DNA of 62,447 bases, filler included, from Candidatus Ancaeobacter aquaticus (lineage in GTDB: Bacteria > Auribacterota > Ancaeobacteria > Ancaeobacterales > Ancaeobacteraceae): assembly GCA_030765405.1 (NCBI GenBank). It is 6 parts of 6 records of this genome, joined end to end, with 100 filler letters (N's around TTAATTAATTAA, not from the genome) between each part and the next. Parts side by side here need not be neighbours in the genome. Positions count along the whole stretch, not along the records: positions 6,203 to 15,751 come from JAVCCP010000076.1; positions 15,852 to 21,481 come from JAVCCP010000072.1; 4 more parts are not named here. One strand, 5' to 3'. The notes beneath the pieces are model-generated. The model worked only from the letters and a program-made list of their open reading frames with translations. It ran no database searches and was not told where the DNA came from. Positions 10,010 to 20,000 of this stretch are shown here, in pieces. How positions within the stretch are numbered: the stretch's first letter is position 1; the number at the start of each line of letters is the position of its first letter. The position numbers were made by a program, and so were the translations under genes.

Positions 10010-10265
10010 CATTTTTCTTAAAGTTCTTTTTTACCTACAAGCATGTGGCAAAAACTGCATTACCCTCTTAACGTCATTTCTTCATTCATTACATTAACAG
10101 ATACTCATGTGTGTATCGCGTTTTTTATCTTTGGATCATAGCGCAATGTATTTTTTTCGTTTTGGAAACCCGCATATAATAGACATAAATTGATCTTCTT
10201 TTTATTCAACGTTCGAGATAGTATGAGTTCTTTCTCAACTACTTCTTCCTCTATATTTTCATCCA
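10010..10265 (-). pseudogene. Decayed copy of the 8882-9454 gene
   Basis: Frame-broken segments EDQFMSIICGFPKRKK / YDPKIK / EMTLRG*CSFCHMLVGKKEL*EK align with KDQLIHTICNCPKCKKK / YDPKIK / EMTLEQYYNCYHSLIDKSELVEK. Confidence 0.7.
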
Positions 10266-10401
10266 CCTCAGATTAATTACCGTCATCTTCTTTAATAAGA
10301 ATTACTATCCCGAATTTATAATATATGACTTCATCTTAGCCTATAACGACATCATACTCGTAAAAACTCATCTGGTCCATTCATGAACAACTTCACAATG
10401 T

Positions 10402-11271
10402 TTAGGAATAAAAATAATACTGTTCTATCCTTTTAATTCTATCGATTCTAAAGGTTCTATTTGCATCAACTAAATGACAATATGCTCTAACATATTTTCC
10501 ATCCAATTTTAAAGGTTCAATTGTCCGAGTTGACTTCCCTTTTAATGGAGAGTTATATTCAATACTTATGGATCTTTTCTTATTTATTGCCTCTCGTATC
10601 ACTTTTTCAATACAAAACTCTTCTATTACTTCCGAGGCATCGGCCGGCGGCTCAACAACCTCTACCTGTTCATTTTTTTTCTCATATGTCTTCTCTTGAT
10701 TAAATAATAGCTTGTCCCCTTTATTAATTATATGACCAGAGATTTTATATTTATTAATACTCTTCGCCATGTGCTCGCTAATCTCTTCCGTTACTCTCCT
10801 ATATCCCAGAACTTTAGCTGTTTGCACTATCAAATCAGGCTCAGGAATACCGTACTCCATACTCAATACAAAAAGTGAAGCTTCTCCTATTTCCTCGTGG
10901 CATATTGAGGTGATTTTTTTACTTATACCCTCCACTCCTTCTCTGTTCCGGATTTTTGGAACCTCCATAGTATACGGCCAATAAAATTTATCTTTCACCT
11001 TGATGTCTTCGAATCTTTTCAATTTACTAACAGCTTTTTCCAATTTTTCTTTAATCCTTCTACCCACAGAGTTAAAGCCCCAGAACCGTGCTGCTCTGCG
11101 AAATGCCTCATCTTTGTGAATTGGTCCCTCGGTATTCACTACTAATTCTAGTTTTTCTGCTATTTCTGTTATGGTAATAGCATTGTAAAAATAAAGAGAA
11201 TCACGAGAGTTAATTGTTCCTATTGTAGTAATTTCATATGAAGCTACTTGCTTGGATAATAGATTGGGCAT
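10402..11271 (-). CDS. DUF3320-like domain + C-terminal WYL domain; probably the frameshifted C-terminus of 11313-15470
   Basis: VVNTEGPIHKDEAFRRAARFWGFNSVG (DUF3320-like); IEYNS...RTIEPL...VRAYCHL....RTFRIDRI (WYL). Confidence 0.8.
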   Translation of the reverse strand: MPNLLSKQVASYEITTIGTINSRDSLYFYNAITITEIAEKLELVVNTEGPIHKDEAFRRAARFWGFNSVGRRIKEKLEKAVSKLKRFEDIKVKDKFYWPYTMEVPKIRNREGVEGISKKITSICHEEIGEASLFVLSMEYGIPEPDLIVQTAKVLGYRRVTEEISEHMAKSINKYKISGHIINKGDKLLFNQEKTYEKKNEQVEVVEPPADASEVIEEFCIEKVIREAINKKRSISIEYNSPLKGKSTRTIEPLKLDGKYVRAYCHLVDANRTFRIDRIKRIEQYYFYS

Positions 11272-11312
11272 TTCATATGGATGAGCATACTCTATTTCAT
11301 ACTCTTTTTTGC

Positions 11313-14300
11313 TCAGACTTTTTTTTTAAATACTCTATTCTGAGCTTTTTCTATCGCATCTAAAGCTTTTTCTAGTTCTTGTTTTGGGTTTTTAAACCAA
11401 TCTGTTGACCATATGCGATATATGTTCCATCCAAGTTGTTCAAGAACTTGCTGTCTTAATCTGTCTCTATCTCGAGCTGTTTTACTCGAATGATAAGTTG
11501 CGCCATCACATTCGATCCCTAATATAAATTCTCCTGGCTTGTCTCTGTCAACCACAGCTAAATCTATTTTATACCCGGAACAACCTATTTGTTTTTTTAC
11601 CTTAACGTGTTTCCTAGTTAAAGCATCATATACTGCTTCTTCAAATGGAGAATCTGCAACCGCATCATAATCTTCTGATATATCTTGAGTTAATACAGAT
11701 TCACCTTTTTCAGCAAAATCTAAATACTTTTTAAATAGATGAACTCCATCACTGTTCGTCTTGCTTAAATCAAAGTCACTGCCTCTTATTGAAGAAAATA
11801 TCTCGACTTTTTCTCTTGCCCTTGTAACAAGAACATTTAACCTTCTCTCTCCACCTGATTGATTTAATGGGCCAAAATTCATTGGTAGAGTCCCTGATGG
11901 ATTTTTTCCGTATCCTACACTTATAAAAATAATATCTCTCTCATCCCCCTGTATGGTTTCTAGATTTTTTATAAAGAAATGCTCTTCCCTATCTTCATTA
12001 AAAAACTCTTCCAGAGTAGGATCATCTTTGCGCAGTTCTTCAACTGCATCTTCTATTGCAAATCTTTGTCTAACACTAAAGGTCCCAACTCCTAAACTTT
12101 TATCCGGATTGTTCCTGTAATGTTCAAATACAGCCTTGGCAATTTCTCTAGCTTCATCAAAGTTTGCTCCTACCTTACCACGCTCATAACGGGTATCAGG
12201 CAAGTAATGAAACTTGATTCCAAACTTTTCAGATTCTTGCTCCATGCTCGGAAAAGTATACAGACTATTGCTATATAAATGCTTGTTGGAAAAAGCTATA
12301 AGATGCTCATGTTTGCTCCTGTAATGCCACATCAACATACATTCAGGAAATCCTGACGTGGCACATTCGTCTAAAATGCTATCTAGATCTGTTTTTTTAT
12401 AACCATCCATTTCCTCATCATCATCTTCCGGAGTCATAACTGCTGCTTCAAAGAAACTCGTAGGAGGTAACTGCTTATTATCTCCAGCAACAACTACATT
12501 ATTACCTCTAATAATTGCTCCTATTGCATCTTCAGGGGGAATTTGACTTGCTTCGTCAAATATTACTAAATCAAAGTTATATAATGAAGGGTCTAAAAAC
12601 TGGGAGACAGTAAGTGGCCCCATCATCAAACAAGGTTTTAAATCACATAAAATATTTGGTATTTCCTTAAATAATTTTCTAAGAGGTTTATGAGCTCTTC
12701 TCTTACGAGACTCTCTATCCAGAATTCCACGTTCAGAACCTGAAGAACCTTCCCACGAAGCATCAACTTTCCCACTTAGTCTATGTTTTAAACGGACTTT
12801 TGCTAAATCGATTTGCTTGGAATCATACTCACGAAATTGCTCTATTAAACGCTCGTGATTCATTCCTAAAAACTGTCTTAAAGATTTCCTTTCATAAAAT
12901 GCGGCATCTATCCAACACCTTAAAAATTGACATTTAAATGTATCCGAAAACTGTTCGTGGGAAATATTATGTTTTTCGCAAATACTTAAGAAATCTTCAA
13001 ATCCAAATTCATGACATCTTTTCAATGAATCCTGATAAGCTATCCATATACCAATACTTTCAATGCTTTCGGCCATACCCGTTATCTTCTTATCTAGTGA
13101 TTCGAGTGGATAACTAAATAAATCGCTATTCAATCCGTCGGAAATATCGAATTTAATGTGATTGAAATATTCTTCTACAATATTCTGGTGCAACTCCCTA
13201 TCTCTAATAAGATCTTTTCTCAAAATATTTATCTCTTTTACATCAAGTTCTCTATTCATAACCATGCTAAATATATCTTCTGTAAAATGGCCCTCTTCAA
13301 TATGCTTATGAAATCTGACAACCCATTTTGAAAACTTTTCTAATTGGCTACCGTCTGAATCTCTAGCTACCCATAAATCACCAAAGATTTCACCTCCAAA
13401 ATCGTCGGAAACATCGATGTTTTCTGCCCGCTTTTTTGCTTCACATATTTTCTTTAAATCCTCAATAATTTCTACATACTTAGGTTTGTATTTCTTATTC
13501 TTGTGCGGTTTAATTTTTCTTTTATTTTTAAGAAAAGAAGGAGATAAAAAATAAAGATATTTTTCGCTACAATCTTTGCACTCTTTCAGAATGACCCCAA
13601 CATCTTCTTCAAGAATTGATAAGTCATATTTATCTCTTGCCCACTCTTTATAATCGCAAAAGCTCTTAACATCGTTTACAATGTCATATATTTTTACTGA
13701 CAATTCAGTCCAAATGGAATTTTTCATGAGCTCTATAGCTGTAGCCGGCAAAGCAGCTAAAACACTTGTACCATCTAAAAGATCCTCGATTTCTCTATAC
13801 GTATCTGGTTTTTTAAAATGACTTGCTTCTACAAGTTGCTGAATATTGTTTTGCAGTTTTTTATTTACCTCATATACCGAGTTCATTAACTCTTTAATCT
13901 TTATTTTTTCTGGATAAGAAAATTCTGTTGTAAGCTTTGTGCCATACCAGGGGTGCAGCATAGGATTGTTTATATGACTTAAATTTACACTCAGTTTCTC
14001 TAGCAGCTCACGTCCCAGTAAAAATCTTTTTTCATCCCATTGTTCAACATTTTTGAAAATAAATTCTAAATCGGGTATTTCTGTCATGGAAGAAATAATA
14101 CCCATCGCCTTATAAGGAGACATTCCTAAAGCCCCGAAAGGTGTCCCGACATCTCTTGCGTAATCACCTAATTCCTCCTTCAAATTCTCCAATTTCAATA
14201 AATCCTGGTCATGTTTATGATCTGGTGGCTTTGGTTTCCTCAAGCTTTCAGCAAGTTCTTCAATAACCCTTTTTTTATTAGCTTTTCTGCTATGTAACTC

Positions 14301-15470
14301 CAAGCAAAAGTCTCCCAGCCCAACTGCCTCAAGTCTATTCTTTACTACTTCTAAAGCAGCTATTTTTTGACTGACAAATAATACTTTTTTCCCTTCAGAT
14401 AAAAGTTCAGCAATAATATTTGCAATTGTCTGTGATTTCCCTGTTCCTGGGGGGCCTTCAATAACTAGGTTATTACCCTTTTTTACAACTGCAATTGCTC
14501 TTTGTTGACTTGAATCTGCATCTAACACTTGAAAAGTTTTTTGAGGTTTTATTTCTTCCTTTAATTCGTCCCAAGAACATAGCGAATCTAATGACTCCCT
14601 ATTGTGAATTTCCTGGCCACATATAGTTTGAATAACATCATTCCCCAGAACGCTTCCAAAATGCGCTTCTAAATCTTTATACATCATAAATTTTGCAAAA
14701 GAAAACAATCCTAAGAATATATCATTGGTAATACTCCATCTTTCCTCATGTTTAACCTTATCCTGTATCTCGCTAAACACCTTTAATAAATCAATTTTTT
14801 CCACATCATCATCTAGATCATCTAAACTTATACCAAAATCAAGTGTTAGTTTTTGCCTCAAGGCAGGATTTAGTAAAATAGCCTCATCATTATAATTAAC
14901 TTTATAAACACCTTTAACAGATTGACGGGTAAGCTCGACAGGGATAAGAACTAACGGTGATTTTATTTTTACATCAGAACTAGCAGATTCATACCATTCC
15001 AGGAAACCTACAGCAAGAAACAAAACGTTGTACCCTTGCTCCTCCATCACTGAAGCAGCAGAAGAATGTATTCGAAAGAGATTTTTTGCTAATTGCCCTG
15101 TTGTTAGGTTTGTTTGTAAATGAATATCTATGTGCTTTGCTTCTAAATTATCTTTGTTGTATTTCTTAAATTTTTTTGTCTGTGTCTCAATCTTGTCTTC
15201 CTCTACAGATTCCACGCCTTCAGTTTCTTCATCCTCTCCTTCCTCCTCACTTTCAGGTATGGAGAGAAAATCCATTGATTTCAATTTCGTTACTAAAGTT
15301 GCAAAAACCTCAGGTGGTTGCTCATCGACAATTCGTACGGTAGTGACTTTGGTGGGCTTAAAGTTTACTAATCGATTTCTTTTTGTTAAATCGATTAATT
15401 TGTTTTTCCATCTAGCAACTCGATCAGCTATTATTTTTTCCATAACATCAGCCCAAGTGTAGTTATTCAT
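11313..15470 (-). CDS. DUF4011 - SF1 helicase - Vsr/PD-(D/E)XK nuclease (Hhe-like defence protein)
   Basis: RWKNKLIDLTKRNRL, EEQGYNVLFLAVGFLEW (DUF4011); GPPGTGKSQT, FDEASQ, GDNKQLPP, HYRS, QGDERD, RRLNVLVTRAR; YKIDLAV...IECDGATYH..KTARDRDRLRQQVLE.LGW. Confidence 0.9.
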   Translation of the reverse strand: MNNYTWADVMEKIIADRVARWKNKLIDLTKRNRLVNFKPTKVTTVRIVDEQPPEVFATLVTKLKSMDFLSIPESEEEGEDEETEGVESVEEDKIETQTKKFKKYNKDNLEAKHIDIHLQTNLTTGQLAKNLFRIHSSAASVMEEQGYNVLFLAVGFLEWYESASSDVKIKSPLVLIPVELTRQSVKGVYKVNYNDEAILLNPALRQKLTLDFGISLDDLDDDVEKIDLLKVFSEIQDKVKHEERWSITNDIFLGLFSFAKFMMYKDLEAHFGSVLGNDVIQTICGQEIHNRESLDSLCSWDELKEEIKPQKTFQVLDADSSQQRAIAVVKKGNNLVIEGPPGTGKSQTIANIIAELLSEGKKVLFVSQKIAALEVVKNRLEAVGLGDFCLELHSRKANKKRVIEELAESLRKPKPPDHKHDQDLLKLENLKEELGDYARDVGTPFGALGMSPYKAMGIISSMTEIPDLEFIFKNVEQWDEKRFLLGRELLEKLSVNLSHINNPMLHPWYGTKLTTEFSYPEKIKIKELMNSVYEVNKKLQNNIQQLVEASHFKKPDTYREIEDLLDGTSVLAALPATAIELMKNSIWTELSVKIYDIVNDVKSFCDYKEWARDKYDLSILEEDVGVILKECKDCSEKYLYFLSPSFLKNKRKIKPHKNKKYKPKYVEIIEDLKKICEAKKRAENIDVSDDFGGEIFGDLWVARDSDGSQLEKFSKWVVRFHKHIEEGHFTEDIFSMVMNRELDVKEINILRKDLIRDRELHQNIVEEYFNHIKFDISDGLNSDLFSYPLESLDKKITGMAESIESIGIWIAYQDSLKRCHEFGFEDFLSICEKHNISHEQFSDTFKCQFLRCWIDAAFYERKSLRQFLGMNHERLIEQFREYDSKQIDLAKVRLKHRLSGKVDASWEGSSGSERGILDRESRKRRAHKPLRKLFKEIPNILCDLKPCLMMGPLTVSQFLDPSLYNFDLVIFDEASQIPPEDAIGAIIRGNNVVVAGDNKQLPPTSFFEAAVMTPEDDDEEMDGYKKTDLDSILDECATSGFPECMLMWHYRSKHEHLIAFSNKHLYSNSLYTFPSMEQESEKFGIKFHYLPDTRYERGKVGANFDEAREIAKAVFEHYRNNPDKSLGVGTFSVRQRFAIEDAVEELRKDDPTLEEFFNEDREEHFFIKNLETIQGDERDIIFISVGYGKNPSGTLPMNFGPLNQSGGERRLNVLVTRAREKVEIFSSIRGSDFDLSKTNSDGVHLFKKYLDFAEKGESVLTQDISEDYDAVADSPFEEAVYDALTRKHVKVKKQIGCSGYKIDLAVVDRDKPGEFILGIECDGATYHSSKTARDRDRLRQQVLEQLGWNIYRIWSTDWFKNPKQELEKALDAIEKAQNRVFKKKV

Positions 15471-15624
15471 TAGTGTTTTTTATAAGGTAATTATACATCA
15501 TATGTATGCTTTTGTCAAGAGTTTAAAATTATCTATACAATTGAACAGGCAATACAATTTAATGCATTAATATTAGATTACGGCAAGTAGGCTAATAGAT
15601 AGGACAGTATACTTTTTTATGTGA

Positions 15625-15751
15625 CGGAGTTCTGGTCGAGTAGATATAATATGGCCGTCACACTTAGACATGCTTTGTGTTCCCTGTTACTCTCCCCTTT
15701 CGGTTTGGAGAGTGTCACATTATTCTGTCTTATGCTTCGACTTCAACACCC
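15625..15751. repeat. 127-bp repeat at contig end, probable IS end (IS110/IS1111-like?)
   Basis: Identical to 21355-21481; both copies break the assembly at the same base; contains TATAAT-ATGGCCGTCAC and an ACTCTCC/GGAGAGT hairpin. Confidence 0.7.
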
Positions 15752-15851
15752 NNNNNNNNNNNNNNNNNNNNNNNNNNNNNNNNNNNNNNNNNNNNTTAAT
15801 TAATTAANNNNNNNNNNNNNNNNNNNNNNNNNNNNNNNNNNNNNNNNNNNN
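15752..15851. other. Assembly gap with artificial linker
   Basis: N block + TTAATTAATTAA. Confidence 0.97.
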
Positions 15852-16107
15852 CAGCATGAGCATGAGATATAATAAGGGCGTCTATCTTCCGTTCCTGATC
15901 ATTGTATAGACCCTCAACATCAGGAAGGATTTTCTCCTCTATAAGCTCATTAACGGATTTACCGGTAAGTTTCTTGGCGTCAAACTGCTCTTTATTAGTG
16001 TCAACCAGCGGCATTCCAAAATCGACAATAATCCTTGTCTTGTCAGTTTGGATCTCAACACAGCTTCCGCCGATTTCTTTCGCCCCACGATGGATAATTA
16101 ATTTCAT
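15852..16107 (-). CDS. MBL-fold metallo-hydrolase (beta-CASP/RNase J-like), 5' part, cut by the gap
   Basis: IHRGAKEIGGSCVEI...IIVDFG...DALIISHAHA, i.e. the start of an HxHxDH motif. Confidence 0.85.
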
Positions 16108-16370
16108 TCTATAAAAGGATCCTTTTTAAGAGTAATCGTATCTGGTCCTTCTGATATTTAAAGGGGTCACACCTATTCATTAATCTTAAACAAATAGTTG
16201 CAACGACCATTTATTGGAACAACTCTTGTCATAGCCATATTTTATCACTTTGTCATACCTGACTCAATCTTTAAGCGTAAATAAAAAGGGGCATACCTAA
16301 AATTACAAATAAATGGGTCACACCTATTTTTTTACTTAATTCTATTTAAATTAGGTATTACCCATTTTCC

Positions 16371-16691
16371 CTACCAATCATCCCCACCACCTACATAAGT
16401 CCCGTCCGGTGTTATTTGAGGGCCACCGCCTACATAGCTTCCATCTGGTGCTAGCTCAGGTTCGCCTCCTACATACGTGCCATCAAGAGCCATATGCGGT
16501 TCGCCACCTACATATGTTCCATCAGGAGCCAACTCAGGTTCGCCTCCTACATACTTACCATCAAGAGTCATATGCGGCTCCCCGCCTACATATGTCCCGT
16601 CAGGGGCCAATTGAACTTCACCTGCATAAGCACAATAATTAATAAAAACAAAACATACTAAAAACAACAAACATACATTTAATCTTTTCAT
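16371..16691 (-). CDS. Secreted protein made of six 13-aa (L/M)xxDGxYVGG(E/G)P repeats
   Basis: Signal peptide ending AYA; 39-bp tandem repeats visible in the DNA. Confidence 0.85.
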   Translation of the reverse strand: MKRLNVCLLFLVCFVFINYCAYAGEVQLAPDGTYVGGEPHMTLDGKYVGGEPELAPDGTYVGGEPHMALDGTYVGGEPELAPDGSYVGGGPQITPDGTYVGGGDDW

Positions 16692-16789
16692 CTAATATAT
16701 TACCTTTTTAAGTTAATTGTTCAGAAGGATAATCGGCGTTTAGCGCTTCTTTGCGAAGAACTTTTTTCATGTAAGACCGAGACGACCGA

Positions 16790-16818
16790 TTATAAATGGT
16801 AGCAGCTACCATTTATAA
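16790..16818. repeat. 14-bp perfect inverted repeat with 1-nt spacer
   Basis: TTATAAATGGTAGC-A-GCTACCATTTATAA. Confidence 0.9.
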
Positions 16819-16958
16819 AGCCAATTATTTTTCATCTCTAATTGCCCAATCCGTTTATATAAATTATCAACCAGTTGCGCCTTATCCTTTTCTTCAGGAT
16901 CTTTATTCCCACTAAATAATCCCGGAAGCTTTTGCCTTAGTTCTTGTTTCCATTTCAC
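16806..16958 (-). pseudogene. IS3-family transposase OrfA C-terminal remnant
   Basis: Own translation VKWKQELRQKLPGLF...LVDNLYKRIGQLEMKNNWLYKW*, like the IS3 OrfA LYxxIGQLxxExxWLKKK tail. Confidence 0.6.
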
Positions 16959-17041
16959 CCCTCCCGTGGTTTGGACTACTATTATACCTCATTTTTCTAT
17001 CTTATCCACTGGTCCGAATTTTGGGGAGTATTATAGTGTAG

Positions 17042-20000
17042 TTAGGCGGAGATTAGGGTGATGGCGCTATGTCTATACGACTCTATCTTATTCTTGTAAT
17101 CGTCTTTCATAGGTGAGGCATAATTGGTTCCCTCAATATAGGTTAGGATTTCCATCATTGTCTTTTCATCAACGGTCTTTATAAGGCTTTCGTCCTTACT
17201 TAAAGCGGCGATAAAGACGCTGAAGGTGTTAACGGCCTTACCCTCCTGCGGCATCGGTACGGCTATATCAAGCTTGCCCATAGTCGTATCGTCCTCAAAC
17301 GCGACCTTTATGACATTTACCGGGGCCTGCGAAATCATGGAAGCGTACTGGTCCTGATCCAATATCTTTAAGAACTTAAACTGTTTGGGCAATTCTTCAA
17401 ACCTTTGCCTTTCTTTTTCGTCTGTTATTTTGATCCATATATCTTCCTTGTTGCCGGCAAGCTGCAATTCTGCCAGAACAACACCGAGTTCATCAAGGGT
17501 TTGATCAGCGTTAAACAAAGCGCTTGAAAACGCGAAGATATCTTTTCTATTTTGCACAAATTCAGGATTATTCAGGAAATGATATATGGACAGGTAATCC
17601 TCATTCACTATGTACAGGTCAATATATTTTTCTTTTAAGCGGTTATGCAGTTTTGATTTCATGTATGCGAAGGCGGGTTTGTAATTGGGATCGGTTTCTG
17701 TGAGGTATTCGTGGGACTCGCCAAGACATCGTTCTCTATACTCGTGCTCCAGCCAACTGGCAAAGTATGCCGCGCTTACCTCACTGCTACCCGCCATATC
17801 TTTCAGGATTTCCCAATCAATATAGGCGGATTCAATACCTCTGCCGCCGCCCGAGCCGTGATGGCCGGCTATCGGCAGATCCTTCATAACAACAATACTA
17901 AGTTCATTTTTGATACCGTTGGTGCCGTTGGTACCGTCACGGTATTTCTCCTTTACATGGTTTGCCATCACATCATCATAGAAACTCTTTATTAAAAACC
18001 ATTCAACTTTATTATCCTCACCCTGCAGTTTGCCGGGTTCGGCAGTGGGGAGGTTTAGGAAGCCGTAGTCTCCACGATCAAATCTATCCTTCATCAAATC
18101 CCTTAATTCTTTCGAATCGGGTGTCCCTTCAAAGGAACTGGTTTCAACTGTTGCAGTAGGAATAATAGATAGCATTTTCTCAACCCTTTTCAACAGTACA
18201 AGTCTCGACTCTGCAATGTTTTTTTTATCGCTTTTGTTTTCCCTGAATAGTCTTTTTAACTTCTTTAATTCTTTGTATAATTTTTGCGTTTCTTCTGCCT
18301 TCGGTGTGTCTCCTAGGAGGTCGTAATGGCTTACCATGTCATACTTGTCGGATACATAGATTTCAGCTTGTTCTATTCCTTTTATTGATAACGTATTTAA
18401 TTTTGTTTCTGCTTCTTCTGTGTTAAATTGTCCTGCTCTCTCATTTATCTTTTTTTGAATCTCCTTCATAGCCTTGAATATTTCTTCTAATTTCCGGATG
18501 TGCAACGGTCTTTGCTGTGAGCTAATATCTTGTTTTTTCAGCTTACCTTGACTTTGACCCGGAAACAAAAAGTTGGTTTTAGATATTACTTTATCAATTT
18601 CATGATTTAATTTTTTTTGCATCTTGCTTGCTGATACGCTATTGATGAGTTCCTCCAAACTAGCAATCTTATTATTAATCATTTTCTTCTTCATGGCAGA
18701 ATATTCAGGGCCAACAGACTTCGCTACCTCAATTCCAGCTCTAAGCCCACTAAGCTCACTAGGTTCCTCTCCTTCCCTATCTTCCCAATCGCTAAAATAT
18801 ACGTTTTCCGGAAGTCTTTTGAGAGTTTCTTCTAACTCGTTTAATATCCTAATAATAGGGTATTTAGTGATATTTTCTATTTTAATAATCATTTTTTTTA
18901 GTGCTAAAACCCCTTTTGCTTTTTCAACTTTTAACATTGTCTTTTTGTTGTCGGGGTATAGCTTTTTGAAATTATCAAGAAGACCTATTAAATCTTCTGC
19001 TTCTTTAATTTTGTCATCGTTCAAATTGCTTGCTCCTAATAAAATTAAATCTACTTCGCGTTCTACTGCATCTATAACATCTTGAACTTCGTCTATATTT
19101 TCTTCTAACGCCTTACCAGAATAAACAAATTTCTCATCTGTCCTATCTATAGTATCCAAAAGAGTTTTGATGAAATATATTTTTTGGTTTTGGTTTAATT
19201 TTTTCTTTTCGTCTTTGATTTCTAGCAGTAAAAAGTCTATTAGTTCACTTGAAGGGTTTAGTTCAAGATCCTCGTTATCTGCAATTGACATTAAAGCTGA
19301 AATAGCCCAGTAATGTTCAGCAGGTTTAGCAGTTTTAGCAGTTTTTTGTGCTGGTACTTTTTTTGTTATTCTCTTACAGATTTTAACAATTGAACTTGTG
19401 ATAAGTCTGTTAAGTAATTTTATTGTCTCCTTATTAAATTCCCCTTCTTTTATATATTTTTTTTCAAGCAATAAAGCATCGACAAGTAAGTGCATTGTTG
19501 GTACGTCACTGGTTATAGACCGCTTTGAATCCCTATCCCAGATGTGCAATAAACCCGATACACTCATTTCACGCATTTTTAGCGCTGTTTGTTTTGCTTG
19601 GCCTTTTGCATCTTTAGAAAGGAAAAGATTAGAGGCAATGTTTTCGAGGTTTTTTGGTGTATTGAGTATAAAATCTTTACACCTTGTACGGAAATCCTCA
19701 ACTGCTTTTTTATAAGCATCATCATCATTGTTAAATGTATAATACTCCGGTACTTTTAGTGCTTTTGGATATTGAAGATCCTTTAAAAAAGTATCCAAAG
19801 TATCCTCCCAGCGCATTGCTTGGCTGGCCATTCTGTAGAGATCTTCACGTGATATGAGGTTCTCTGTGCTCATACCTAGTGCTTCGTTAAGTTTCTCTAC
19901 TCTTTCATCTATATTAGTTGTTTTTTCTAATACATACTCCTCAAGAAAATTTCTGAATTTATTTATTTCCTTTAAATCGTGTGTTAAATTAGGGTCAAGT

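Noticed and set aside
15621..15803. Track ORFs running into gaps (15621-15803, 21315-21533, 21224-21448)
   Set aside because: They are readings of the 127-bp repeat or of Ns, not genes
16385..16620. 39-bp tandem repeats as a CRISPR array
   Set aside because: Contiguous in-frame coding repeats with no unique spacers and no cas genes
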